Assembly (NCBI GenBank): GCA_964016885.1
Contig: OZ024766.1
Span: forward strand, 17,360,001 to 17,424,000
Source: Eledone cirrhosa
Taxonomy: Eukaryota
Reading direction: 5' to 3'
Length of the DNA stretch: 64,000 nt
A program made the translations under genes and the position numbers. Positions 48,547 through 62,494 of the stretch are shown in pieces. Below the pieces are notes generated by a model, which was given only the letters and a program-made list of their open reading frames with translations, ran no database searches and had not been told where the DNA came from. Position 1 is the stretch's first letter, and each line of letters starts with the position of its first letter.

Positions 48547-48685
48547 ATTTAACTCCGTACTAGCACCACCAACTACAAAAACAAAGACGGTTGAACTGCC
48601 CTACGTTGAGTACTCTCTATATTATTGCATTACGATTGACCATACGGAATAGACCAGCTCTATACAGTGGTGAACCTCAAACCTG

Positions 48686-49974
<1,289 letters not shown>

Positions 49975-50944
49975 GTAGCCGTTTCGACGGCTAATTCTGG
50001 ACTGAATAAAAATTAATTCTGGTATTTAAATAGCCGAGCTTATCAAGGGGTAATTCCATATATGGTCAAAGAGATAATCACCAGGATTGGTCACATCACA
50101 AGTTAGTAGTAAATCTGTAATGGCAAATTGGTGGGGGAAGGGGTAGCTGAACCTGCCGGCAGGAGAAAAAGGGAGAAGGGGTGGAGTAGACCCATTCATG
50201 CGTTGGTAGTGCTGGGCGTGAGGTCAAAGAGGATACTGGAGAGGGGGAGCGGGAGGAAGTCGAAACGGTAAGTAGAACAATGAAGGGTAAAACTATGAAA
50301 AGTACTGAGAGAGAAAAAAATAAGCAAAGTCTGGTTACTAAGACTTAAGTCTCTCGCTATTGCTAGGCTAAAGAAATACATAAATAAATAAATAAACAAA
50401 TAAGTGAATAAAAGAATAGATAAATAAATTTTTAAAAAAAATATATATATATATATATATATATATAATGAAGAATAAAAAAATAAATAAAAATAAACTA
50501 GGTGGGACGGAAATAAAGGGACCCTTATACGAGGTATAAGTGCGTGTATCGTACGTTGACGGGTCAACAAAAGGGGGGCCAAAATACTACAGAGACTACC
50601 ACGAAATAATAAAGGTTTCTACCCCAATCACAGGGCCAGCAACCACCCAGTGCAAGAAAGTAAACTAGTACGAGAATATAATTCAGGGTCCCGCAAAAAA
50701 ATAGTCGTGCTAACTCTAAGGGTACCGCCACGAAACAAAAAGTCTTATACAAGCTACATGAAAGATCGTACGAAGTAAAAGTAAAGAACGGAAAATTAAT
50801 ACAGAAACAACAACAACAACAACCCCCCAAAAAAAAAGGGAAAAAGAGGAAAGAAATACTGGATAAACGAGAAATATAAGTTCGGTGAAATCGTGAACGA
50901 GGGAGAATAAAGACCATCAAACCTAGTCGAAATGTGAGCAAGGA

Positions 50945-51366
50945 AGGAATTCCGCACAGGTCAAACGGGGGGAAGAAGGGCCCTAGTCCCTGAATTCGGT
51001 GAACTTAAGTTCTGTGAAATCGTAGACAAGAGAGAAAAAAGGAACAACCAGCCTGGTCAAGCGTGCGTGAGAAAAGAATTCCGCACAGGTCAAACGGGAG
51101 GAAGAAGGGCCCTAGTCCCTGAATTCGGTGAACATAAGTTCTGTGAAATCGTAGACAAGAGAGAAAAAAGGAACAACCAGCCTGGTCAAGCGTGCATGAA
51201 AAAAGAATTCCGCACAGGTCAAACGGGAGGAAGAAGGAGTCTAGTCCCTGAATTCGGTGAACATAAGTTCTGTGAAATCGTAGACAAGAGAGAAAAAAGG
51301 AACAACCAGCCTGGTCAAGCGTGCACGAAAAAAGAATTCCGCACAGGTCAAACGGGAGGAAGAAGG
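50945..51366. repeat. 129-bp tandem repeat, about 3.3 copies
   Basis: gaattccgcacaggtcaaacggg recurs at 50947, 51076, 51205 and 51334. Confidence 0.9.
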
Positions 51367-51521
51367 AGAGGTAGTAGCAGAGAGCGAGTGAGTGAAGGGT
51401 GAGGAAGAGGCTAACAGAGAGAGTGACTATTAGAGAGGGTAAGGGGAGGTGAAAGATACATGTGTGTATATATATATATATATGTCTATACATATATAAT
51501 ATATATATAAATATATATACA

Positions 51522-52432
51522 CTGCATACGAACAGCAATGTTACATGGCAGTGAGACCTGGGCATTATGTGCAGAGGATATACACAGACTGGAGAGGAAC
51601 GAAGCTTGCATGTTCCACTGGATGTGTAATAGTAATATACGTGAACGGCAAAGCATAAACGAACTAAGGAAAAAATTAGAAATAAGAGGGATCAGATGTT
51701 GTTTACTCGAGAGAAGGCTACGTTGGTATGGTCACGTGATGCGCATGAAAGATGACAGCTGTATAAAAAAGTGCAGGGCAATAAAGATAGACGGTAGCCA
51801 CGGAGTAAGCAGAACCAGGAAAACCTGGGACGAGCTGATAAATTCCGACCTCACACACTTACACCTCTCCAAGACAGTGTCACTGGACCGAGATCTTTGG
51901 CGGTACTCAGTAACAGAGAAGACCTGCCTTACCTAAATACAAAGTAAAACCTACTAGTCAGTAGGCATCTCTAACAAAATACACCCCCGTCCCACCCCAT
52001 CCACACCGCCCCCTTCAATGCAAAGTTATGTTGGTGCCACAACATCCAGGCCGAAACAAATGAGATCGTGTAGGTGTCACGACAAAAAACACACAGTCCA
52101 CGCTGTAATGTGGCCGTGTAGGCAACACGGTAAAAACCTCCCAGTCCCACACTGTAAATGTGGTTGGTGTTAGGAAGGGCGTCCAGCTGTAGAAAACACG
52201 CCAGACAGTCCACGCTGTAAATGTGGCCGTGTAGGCAACACGGTAAAAACCTCCCAGCCCCACACTGTAAATGTGGTTGGTGTTAGGAAGGGCATCCAGC
52301 TGTAGAAAACCCGCCAGACAGTCCTATGCGAGCAAGACAACCAGTCTTGCCTCAAGTGGGAAAACCCCCGTCCAAACCCATGCAAGCGTGGAACACGGAC
52401 GTTAAACGATGATGATGATGATGATGATGATG

Positions 52433-52433
<1 letters not shown>
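51522..52433 (+). mobile_element. 5'-truncated RTE LINE (family 2)
   Basis: ORF 51538..51936 matches 44476..44927; the 3' UTR has an internal duplication and a (gat)n tail. Confidence 0.92.
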
Positions 52434-52465
<32 letters not shown>

Positions 52466-52581
52466 AGGGTTAAAATACTGGAGTGTGTTGGAGTTAAACA
52501 CCCTCTTCGTATTATAGAAATAACAGTAAAAAGTATAGCTCAATGTAGTTAAACAGAGCCGAAAAATTAAGAGAGTAAAAC

Positions 52582-53130
52582 AAAGAAGTTATATATTTAT
52601 ATATAAAAAGAAGTTATATATTTATATATAAAAAGAAGTTATATATTTATATATAAAAAGAAGTTATATATTTATATATAAAAAGAAGTTATATATTTAT
52701 ATATAAAAAGAAGTTATATATTTATATATAAAAAGAAGTTATATATTTATATATAAAAAGAAGTTATATATTTATATATAAAAAGAAGTTATATATTTAT
52801 ATATAAAAAGAAGTTATATATTTATATATAAAAAGAAGTTATATATTTATATATAAAAAGAAGTTATATATTTATATATAAAAAGAAGTTATATATTTAT
52901 ATATAAAAAGAAGTTATATATTTATATATAAAAAGAAGTTATATATTTATATATAAAAAGAAGTTATATATTTATATATAAAAAGAAGTTATATATTTAT
53001 ATATAAAAAGAAGTTATATATTTATATATAAAAAGAAGTTATATATTTATATATAAAAAGAAGTTATATATTTATATATAAAAAGAAGTTATATATTTAT
53101 ATATAAAAAGAAGTTATATATTTATATATT
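52582..53130. repeat. 25-bp minisatellite, about 21 perfect copies
   Basis: Unit aaaaagaagttatatatttatatat; it lies just downstream (minus strand) of leader exon B. Confidence 0.95.
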
Positions 53131-53219
53131 TATATATAAACATTGATGATGATGATGATGACAATGACACTATGTCTATGATGATGATGATAATAAGTTG
53201 AACAATGGTGTCTCCTTAC

Positions 53220-53341
53220 ACAATTCTCCGCTCTATGAGACCTGCTGGTGACAAGGAGGGGGTCGTCTCTGAGACATCCTGGGATTTGCACTCCCAAAGA
53301 TATGCTACAAACGCCAAAACGAAAATCGTGAACACCTTCAT
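53220..53341 (-). CDS. First coding exon B: duplicated, diverged signal-peptide exon
   Basis: MKVFTIFVLAFVAYLWECKSQDVSETTPSLSPAGLIERRI(V), 122 bp, ending GT|gtaagg (phase 2). It differs from exon A at 13 nt and is open. Confidence 0.65.
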
Positions 53342-53375
53342 CTTTTTTCTCTCTTCAAAAACTTCTTGTGTCGTT

Positions 53376-54999
53376 CTTAAATCTTCTTCTTCTCTTTCTC
53401 CTTAAATCTTCTTCTTCTCTTTCTCCTTAAATCTTCTTCTTCTTCTTCTTAAATCTTCTTCTTCTTCTTAAATCTTCTTCTCCTTCTTCTTAAATCTTCT
53501 TCTTCTTCTTCTTAAATCTTCTTCTTCTTCTTCTTAAATCTTCTTCTCCTTCTTCTTAAATCTTCTTCTTCTTCTCCTTAAATCTTCTCCTTCTTCTTAA
53601 ATCTTCTTCTTCTTCTTCTTAAATCTTCTTCTTCTTCTTCTTAAATCTTCTTCTCCTTCTTCTTCTTCTCCTTAAATCTTCTTCTCCTTCTTCTTAAATC
53701 TTCTTCTTCTTCTTCTTAAATCTTCTTCTTCTTCTCCTTAAATCTTCTTCTTCTTCTCCTTAAATCTTCTTCTTCTTCTCCTTAAATCTTCTTCTTCTTC
53801 TTCTTAAATCTTCTTCTTCTTCTTCTTAAATCTTCTTCTTCTTCTCCTTAAATCTTCTTCTTCTTCTTCTTAAATCTTCTTCTCCTTCTTCTTCTTCTCC
53901 TTAAATCTTCTTCTCCTTCTTCTTAAATCTTCTTCTTCTTCTTCTTAAATCTTCTTCTCCTTCTTCTTCTTCTCCTTAAATCTTCTTCTCCTTCTTCTTA
54001 AATCTTCTTCTTCTTCTCCTTAAATCTTCTTCTTCTCCTTCTTAAATCTTCTTCTTCTTCTTCTTAAATCTTCTTCTTCTTCTCCTTAAATCTTCTTCTT
54101 CTTCTTCTTAAATCTTCTTCTCCTTCTTCTTCTTCTCCTTAAATCTTCTTCTCCTTCTTCTTAAATCTTCTTCTTCTTCTTCTTAAATCTTCTTCTTCTT
54201 CTCCTTAAATCTTCTTCTCCTTCTTCTTAAATCTTCTTCTTCTTCTTCTTAAATCTTCTTCTTCTTCTCCTTAAATCTTCTTCTCCTTCTTCTTAAATCT
54301 TCTTCTTCTTCTTCTTAAATCTTCTTCTTCTTCTCCTTAAATCTTCTTCTCCTTCTTCTTAAATCTTCTTCTTCTTCTCCTTAAATCTTCTTCTCCTTCT
54401 TCTTAAATCTTCTTCTTCTTCTCCTTAAATCTTCTTCTTCTCCTTCTTCTTAAATCTTCTTCTTCTTCTTCTTAAATCTTCTTCTCTTTCTTCTTAAATC
54501 TTCTTCTTCTTCTTCTTCTTAAATCTTCTTCTTCTTCTCCTTAAATCTTCTTCTCCTTCTTCTTAAATCTTCTTCTTCTTCTTCTTCTTAAATCTTCTTC
54601 TTCTTCTCCTTAAATCTTCTTCTTCTCCTTCTTAAATCTTCTTCTTCTTCTTCTTAAATCTTCTTCTCCTTCTCCTTAAATCTTCTTCTTCTTCTTCTTA
54701 AATCTTCTTCTCCTTAAATCTTCTTCTTCTTCTCCTTAAATCTTCTTCTTCTTCTTCTTAAATCTTCTTCTCCTTCTTCTTAAATCTTCTTCATCTTCTT
54801 AAATCTTCTTCTTCTTCTTCTTAAATCTTCTTCTCCTTCTTCTTAAATCTTCTTCTCCTTCTTCTTAAATCTTCTTCTTCTTCTTAAATCTTCTTCTTCT
54901 TCTTCTTAAATCTTCTTCTTCTTCTTCTTAAATCTTCTTCTTCTTCTTCTTAAATCTTCTTCTCCTTCTTCTTAAATCTTCTTTTTCTTAAATCTTCTT

Positions 55000-55030
<31 letters not shown>

Positions 55031-55779
55031 AATCTTCTTCTTCTTCTTCTTAAATCTTCTTCTTCTTCTTCTTCTTAAATCTTCTTCTCCTTAAATCTTC
55101 TTCTTCTTCTCCTTAAATCTTCTTCTTCTTCTTCTTAAATCTTCTTCTCCTTCTTCTTAAATCTTCTTCTTCTTCTTAAATCTTCTTCTTCTTCTTCTTA
55201 AATCTTCTTCTCCTTCTTCTTAAATCTTCTTCTTCTTCTTCTCCTTAAATCTTCTTCTTCTTCTTCTTAAATCTTCTTCTCCTTCTTCTTAAATCTTCTT
55301 CTTCTTCTTAAATCTTCTTCTTCTTCTTCTTAAATCTTCTTCTTCTTAAATCTTCTTCTCCTTCTTCTTAAATCTTCTTCTTCTTCTTCTCTTTAAATCT
55401 TCTCCTTCTTCTTCTTCTCCTTAAATTTTCTTCTTCTTCTTCTTAAATCTTCTTCTCCTTCTTCTTAAATCTTCTTCTTCTTCTTCTCCTTAAATCTTCT
55501 TCTTCTTCTTCTTAAATCTTCTTCTCCTTCTTCTTAAATCTTCTTCTTCTTCTTAAATCTTCTTCTTCTTCTTCTTAAATCTTCTTCTCCTTCTTCTTAA
55601 ATCTTCTTCTTCTTCTTAAATCTTCTTCTTCTTCTTCTTAAATCTTCTTCTTCTTCTTCTTAAATCTTCTTCTTCTTCTTCTTAAATCTTCTTCTCCTTC
55701 TTCTTAAATCTTCTTTTTCTTAAATCTTCTTCTTCTTCTTCTTCTTCTTAAATCTTCTTCTTCTTCTCCTTAAATCTTC
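53376..55779. repeat. (CTT)n-TAAAT compound satellite, about 2.4 kb
   Basis: Expanded homolog of 33568-34303. Confidence 0.95.
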
Positions 55780-55899
55780 TCTGTCGTCTCGTCTCCTCTG
55801 TCAGGTTGTCCCCTGTTATCGCCAACTCAGAGAAGCCACACACACACAATGTCCAATGTTGCCACGAGGTGACGACTTGCAAAGTGTCACAGTTGTGTC

Positions 55900-55986
55900 T
55901 GGGTCTCGACTTAACGGTGATGGACGGCCTTATAAAGGAATGAGAAGCCTATCCTGCTGATTAGATGTGGGTGGAACCTGATTGGA
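55900..55986 (-). promoter_or_regulatory. Putative core promoter B (duplicate of A)
   Basis: Minus-strand CCAAT at 55985-55981 and TTTATAA at 55936-55930, upstream of leader exon B. Confidence 0.4.
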
Positions 55987-56393
55987 CAAACACAGACAGA
56001 CAGCAGACAGACGCCGAGACTTTGGATGAAATATGGTAATAGAGGGGGAGGGGAAAACAAAGGACAGAAGAGAGAGTAGGAGAGAGAGGGGTGGGAAAGA
56101 AAGAAAGGAAGAAGAGATAAAAACAAGAACAACTACAGAAGCAGTAACAACAACAACAACAACATGTGGATGATACAAGTGCAGATTTGACACCCCCCGA
56201 CCCCCACACTCCACACCCCAACCCTAACATTACCTTCTTTCAGAAACTTGCTTTTCTTTTGAAAGCGTGAAGCTCTGTTGAAGATGAGAAAGTTCTCATA
56301 CCCTTGTTTGTCTACATGTGTGTATATATATATATACATATATATATATGTATATATATTTATATATATATATATATATATACACTGTATTGT

Positions 56394-56456
<63 letters not shown>

Positions 56457-56607
56457 ATATAAATATTTATATATGTATATATAAATATTTATAAATATAT
56501 ATATATCATCATCATCATCATCATTTCACGTCCGCTTTTCCCTGCTTTGGGAGGTCATGTTGACAAATATAATTTAGACACAAAATATATATACATATAT
56601 ATATATG

Positions 56608-58079
56608 TAGGAGTAGATGAATGGCTTGTGAAAGCAATACAAGCCATGTATAGGGGAGCAGTCAGCAAAGTTAGGATTGGCAATGAGTATAGCGAGGAAT
56701 TTAGCGTACAGGTTGGGGTCCACCAGGGCTCTGTTCTTAGCCCTCTCCTGTTCATCATAGTCCTGCAGGCAATAACGGAGGAGTTTAAGACCGGATGCCC
56801 ATGGGAACTCCTGTATGCTGATGACCTCGCACTCATAGCTGAATCTATGGTAGAACTAGAGAATAAATTCCAAACCTGGAAGCAGGGACTAGAGAGAAAG
56901 GGCCTCAAAGTCAACATGACAAAGACTAAGGTCCTTATAAGTAGACGAGAAAACAGAACCCAGATCCCCTCAGGGAAATGGCCTTGCTCAGTATGTAGGA
57001 AAGGTGTAGGTAGGAACTCCATTCTCTGCCCCAAATGCAAACAATGGGTACACAAGAGATGTAGCGGGATCTCAGGAAGCTTAATTAAGAATGTAGGATT
57101 CACATGCAGCAGCTGTGCTGAAACAGCAAGCAAACAGCCACAGGAAACAAGTACCACCAATCTCTGGGAGGGCCCTGTAGAAACAGTAGACAGCTTCTGC
57201 TACCTAGGTGACCGAATTAGCAACGGAGGTGGGTGCTCAGAAAGTACAATAACTAGGGTAAGAACGGGATGGAAGAAGTTTAGGGAACTACTACCACTGC
57301 TAGCTGCAAAAGGCTTCTCCCTCAGAATGAAAGGCAGACTGTATGATGCGTGTATCCGAACAGCGATGTTGCATGGTAGTGAGACCTGGGCGCTGAAGGT
57401 GGAAGACTTACGTAGATTAGAGAGAAACGAAGCCTGCATGCTCCGATGGATGTGTAACAGTAATATACGTGAACGACAAAGCATAAAGGAATTGAGAGAG
57501 AGACTGAGCATAAGAGAAATCAAATGCTGCGTGCAGGAGAGGCGGTTACGCTGGTATGGACATGTGATGCGTATGAAGGATGACAGCTGCATAAAAAGGT
57601 GCAGAGCACTAGAAGTTGATGGAAACCGCGGAGTGGGGAGACCCAAGATGACTTGGGATGAGGTGATAAAAGCCGACCTTACCCAACTACACCTCTCAAA
57701 GTCAATGACACACGACCGTGACTTCTGGCGTCACGCAGTAATACAGGGTACCCGACCTCCCATGGGTACATGCTGAAGCATATAAACAATATGCCCCCCC
57801 CCCCCCACCGCAAGGTGGTCGTGGAGGTGCCACGGCAAAAAAGCACCCAGCCCACACTGTAAAGTGGACGTGTAGGCGCCACGAAAAAGCACCCAGCACT
57901 CACTGTAAATGAGGTTGGTGTTAGGAAGGGCATCCAGCTGTAGAAATCAAGCCAGATCAGTTCTTGTATGAACAAGGCATGGTCAGCCGACCAGACACTG
58001 CCCACAACAGGACAACCCGTCTAACCCATGCTAGCGTGGAAGAACGGACGTAAAACGGTGATGATGATGATGATGATGA
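56608..58079 (+). mobile_element. 5'-truncated RTE LINE (family 1)
   Basis: RT ([14 protein letters not shown]) through to the C-terminus and a (gat)n tail. It is inserted in a TA run and absent from the other duplicate. Confidence 0.95.
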
Positions 58080-58162
58080 TATATATATATATATATATGT
58101 ATATATATTTTGTGTCTAAATTATATTTGAACTATATTTGTCAACGTGACCTCCCAAAGCAT

Positions 58163-58240
<78 letters not shown>

Positions 58241-58573
58241 GTATATATATATATGTATATATATGTATATATATATATGTATATATATATATGTATATAT
58301 ATATATATGTATATATATATATGTATATATATATATGTATATATATATATGTATTATTAATGTATTATTAATTTTTCTTAATATTAATCAACATTTGAAA
58401 AGATGGCTTTTGCAGACCCATCGAAACCGGTCATTTTTTATACCCTTTATTATTTCCTTACCTTATAAAATTATGTTTTTTCACAAAAAAGTATTCTGTC
58501 TCTTATATATTCCATGTGCCATTACCAACCTCAATTTTCTCTATAACCTTCGTTTTGTGTAGAAAATTACACT

Positions 58574-58649
<76 letters not shown>

Positions 58650-59171
58650 TTGCGAAGTTTTTGATATGAAATTGTGTGTCGAAACAAATATTGTTATACT
58701 TTTGGAGGGTCATATTTGTGTAATATTGCCAGAATTAATCACAGAACACACTCACTGTTTGGTTGGTTTTCGCTTTTCGCTTCTGGGTCTTTTATATCTA
58801 ATTTATTCGTGCTATTGTTTCCTCCCGTTACATTGTATTTTCTACGCCATCTTCATTTAGTCTGTTTATATAAACAGACTAAACAAAGATGGCGTAGAAA
58901 ATACAATGTAACGGGAGGAAACAATAACACCACTGACGATGTTGCAGATGTGCAACGAAAGAACTTGGATAAACTATATATATGTGTTTGTGTCTATATT
59001 GTATCTGTATTATTTTTGACCGTTGGTCAGTCAATGGCAACATTGAGGACCGAGTAAGTTAGATCGCAGATATAAAAGACCCAGAAGCGAAAAGCGAAAA
59101 CCAACCAAACAGTGAGTGTGTTCTGTTATTAATTCTGGCAATATTACACAAATATGACCCTCCCCAAGTAT

Positions 59172-59223
<52 letters not shown>

Positions 59224-59347
59224 ACACACATACATATACATACTCAAAGAGATGAGAATTTTCTCATCTTCCTTTTATATATATATATCATCATCATCAT
59301 CACCGTTTTACGCCCGTTCTTCCATGCTAGCATCGGTTAGTATAACA

Positions 59348-59409
<62 letters not shown>

Positions 59410-59808
59410 ATACTTGGGGAGGGTCATATTGTTATAATATTGCCAGAAATAATAACAGAGCATACTCACTGTTTGGTTGGCTTTCACTTCTGTATCTTTT
59501 ATATCTCCATAGTTAATTTATTTGGCAATCAATGTTTATCATTGATTTACCAACGGTTAAAAATACAGATATAAATATATATACATATATATATATAGTC
59601 TATCAAAGTTCTTTCGTCACGCATATGTAACATCATCAGTGGAACTATTATGCTCGCTCCCATTGTATTGTAAAGTCTACCAAATTTTTATTTTATTTAT
59701 TTATTTATTTATTCTTGTCTCTGTCTCTGCGCATGCATTTGTTTGTGTGTGTAATGTTTGGTGTGTGTGTCACAGATGTGCAACGAAAGAACTTTGTTAG
59801 ACTATATA

Positions 59809-60580
59809 CAGGGTGCGGACAATATCTGTTCGCAAGATTACTGTCGAGGAAAAAATAACACAGTAGTTTTATTTTTTAAGATATATTTATCAAACTTGGG
59901 TCAGTTTGTCTTCATGACTTCTTCTTTCGATCTCACTCGATGAACCAGCCATTGGCTTTGATAACGGCCTCAAAAGGCCTCGGAACCGGCTACAGGCCTT
60001 TTCACTGTCCCCCGCTTAGGCCCCTAAAGGCACTTGTGATCCTGGCCTTCAGATCGGCTTTCGTATTGCAGCTAGATCTGTTGGTGTCTCATTCCACTGC
60101 GCCCCACACAATGAAGTGGAAGGGGATTGCAGTCAGGCTAGCTGGGAGGCCAGATGTCAGGTGAAGTGTGGTCGACGAAGTTCTCTGACAGCCAGGCTCG
60201 GGTCTTTCGGCTGGTATGGCAGGGCGCTGAGTCTTGCTGCCACACTTACCGCCTACCTGCAGCTACCTGGTCGATCCAGGGCTTTACTACCTCGCTCAGA
60301 ACGCGGATGTAGCCATCGGTGTTCAGCTTGAGACCCTCAGGGAAGCAGTGAGGGGGCATTACGTCACCTTGACTGCTGATGACACCTAAGACCAATGTTG
60401 TTGCTGGAAACTTTGTCTGCATGACTCTGGGCACGTCTTTGGATGAGACAGCGAGCCACCTGTTGTTCTGGGAGTTGATCTTCTGGTCTTATTTGTCCTC
60501 CCGGCTCGGATTCCAAGAAGAACTCCGTGTCTCTTCCACAAATTTGGAGGTTCAAAATTATTCATAATCAATTATTCTGA
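59809..60580 (-). mobile_element. DD37D mariner relic, copy 3
   Basis: Near-identical to 36626-37400. Confidence 0.85.
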
Positions 60581-60780
60581 AAATAAATAATGGAAATATA
60601 GTCACTACCTGCAGCTACCTGAGCAGCTTAATTTGCATATCGAGTGAGTTAATCGTCTGGGTACAGCTGTCATCCTTCATACGCATAGTATGTCCATCCC
60701 AACACGATCTCATCTCCTGCATGCAAGAACTGATACCTCTTAAGCCTAATTTCTCAATTATAATTGTTTCTACTTTGGAC

Positions 60781-62306
60781 AAAGTAGCAGTAATACACTG
60801 GGGTAATTGCTGGCCTTGTGCCCCCAAAGGTAGAAACAATTATTACGGGGGTCAGTAAAATAAAGTACCAGTAATACACTGGGGTAATTGCTGGCCTTGT
60901 GCCCCCAAAAGTAGAAACAATTATTACGGGGTCGATAAAATAAAGTACCAGTAATACACTGGGGTAATTGCTGGCCTTGTGCCCCCAAAAGTAGAAACAA
61001 TTATTACGGGGGTCAGTAAAATAAAGTACCAGTAATACACTGGGGTAATTGCTGGCCTTGTGCCCCCAAAAGTAGAAACAATTATTACGGGGGTCAGTAA
61101 AATAAAGTACCAGTAATACACTGGGGTAATTGCCGGCCTTGTGCCCCCAAAAGTAGAAACAATTATTACGGGGGTCAGTAAAATAAAGTACCAGTAATAC
61201 ACTGGGGTAATTGCTGGCCTTGTGCCCCCAAAAGTAGAAACAATTATTACGGGGTCGATAAAATAAAGTACCAGTAATACACTGGGGAAAAATTGCCAGT
61301 GTATTACTGGTACTTTATTTTATCAACCCTGTAATAAATGTTTCTACTTTTGGGGGGCACAAGGCCAGCAATTACCCCAGTGTATTACTGGTACTTTATT
61401 TTATCAACCCTGTAATAAATGTTTCTACTTTTGGGGGGCACAAGGCCAGCAATTACTCCAGTGTATTACTGGTACTTTATTTTATCAACCCTGTAATAAA
61501 TGTTTCTACTTTTGGGGGGCACAAGGCCAGCAATTACCGCAGTGTATTACTGGTACTTTATTTTATCGACCCCCGTAATAATTGTTTCTACTTATGGGGG
61601 CACAAGGCCAGCAATTACCCCAGTGTATTACTGGTACTTTATTTTACTGACCCCCGTAATAATTGTTTCTACTTATGGGGGCACAAGGCCAGCAATTACC
61701 CCAGTGTATTACTGGTACTTTATTTTATTGACCCCCGTAATAATTGTTTCTACTTATGGGGGCACAAGGCCAGCAATTACCCCAGTGTATTATTGGTACT
61801 TTATTTTACTGACCCCCGTAATAATTGTTTCTACTTATGGGGGCACAAGGCCAGCAATTACCCCAGTGTATTACTGGTACTTTATTTTACTGACCCCCGT
61901 AATAACTGTTTCTACTTATGGGGGCACAAGGCCAGCAATTACCCCAGTGTATTACTGGTACTTTATTTTATTGACCCCCGTAATAACTGTTTCTACTTAT
62001 GGGGGCACAAGGCCAGCAATTACCCCAGTGTATTACTGGTACTTTATTTTACTGACCCCCGTAATAACTGTTTCTACTTATGGGGGCACAAGGCCAGCAA
62101 TTACCCCAGTGTATTACTGGTACTTTATTTTACTGACCCCCGTAATAACTGTTTCTACTTATGGGGGCACAAGGCCAGCAATTACCCCAGTGTATTACTG
62201 GTACTTTATTTTACTGACCCCCGTAATAACTGTTTCTACTTTTGGGGGCACAGGGCCAGCAATTACCCCAGTACATTACTGGTACTTTATTTTATCGACC
62301 CCCGTA
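60781..62306. repeat. 80-82-bp SINE-derived tandem array with an orientation switch near 61290
   Basis: About 6 copies of agtaccagtaatacactggggtaattgctggccttgtgcccccaaaagtagaaacaattattacggggg.., then about 12 reverse-complement copies. Confidence 0.92.
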
Positions 62307-62395
62307 AGGATGAAAGGAAAGGCTAACCTCGACGGGATTTGAACTCGTACCGTAAAGAGCCGTAACTCTATGCTACACAGCATGTTATCTGACCC
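62225..62395 (-). mobile_element. tRNA-derived SINE with a Nin/Deu-like domain
   Basis: The minus strand reads gagttcaaatcccgtcgaggttagcctttcctttcatccttacgggggtcgataaaataaagtaccagt: a B box followed by a cctttcatcct..gtcgataaa..agtacc motif recalled from Nin/Deu SINEs. Confidence 0.7.
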
Positions 62396-62494
62396 TGAAG
62401 ACAAGGATTTTTGTTTATTTCTTTCCTCACATGTTGGTCTCATGCACACAAATGATTAATTGATGAGTTCTATAATTTCCTTTTGTGTTTGTTG

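Larger units (their letters stand above)
53130..60605. repeat. Segmental duplicate of about 33330-37430
   Basis: Same order of leader exon, CTT satellite, promoter, fold-back element and mariner relic. The copies differ by an RTE insertion here and by the 36024-36210 insertion in the other copy. Confidence 0.9.
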
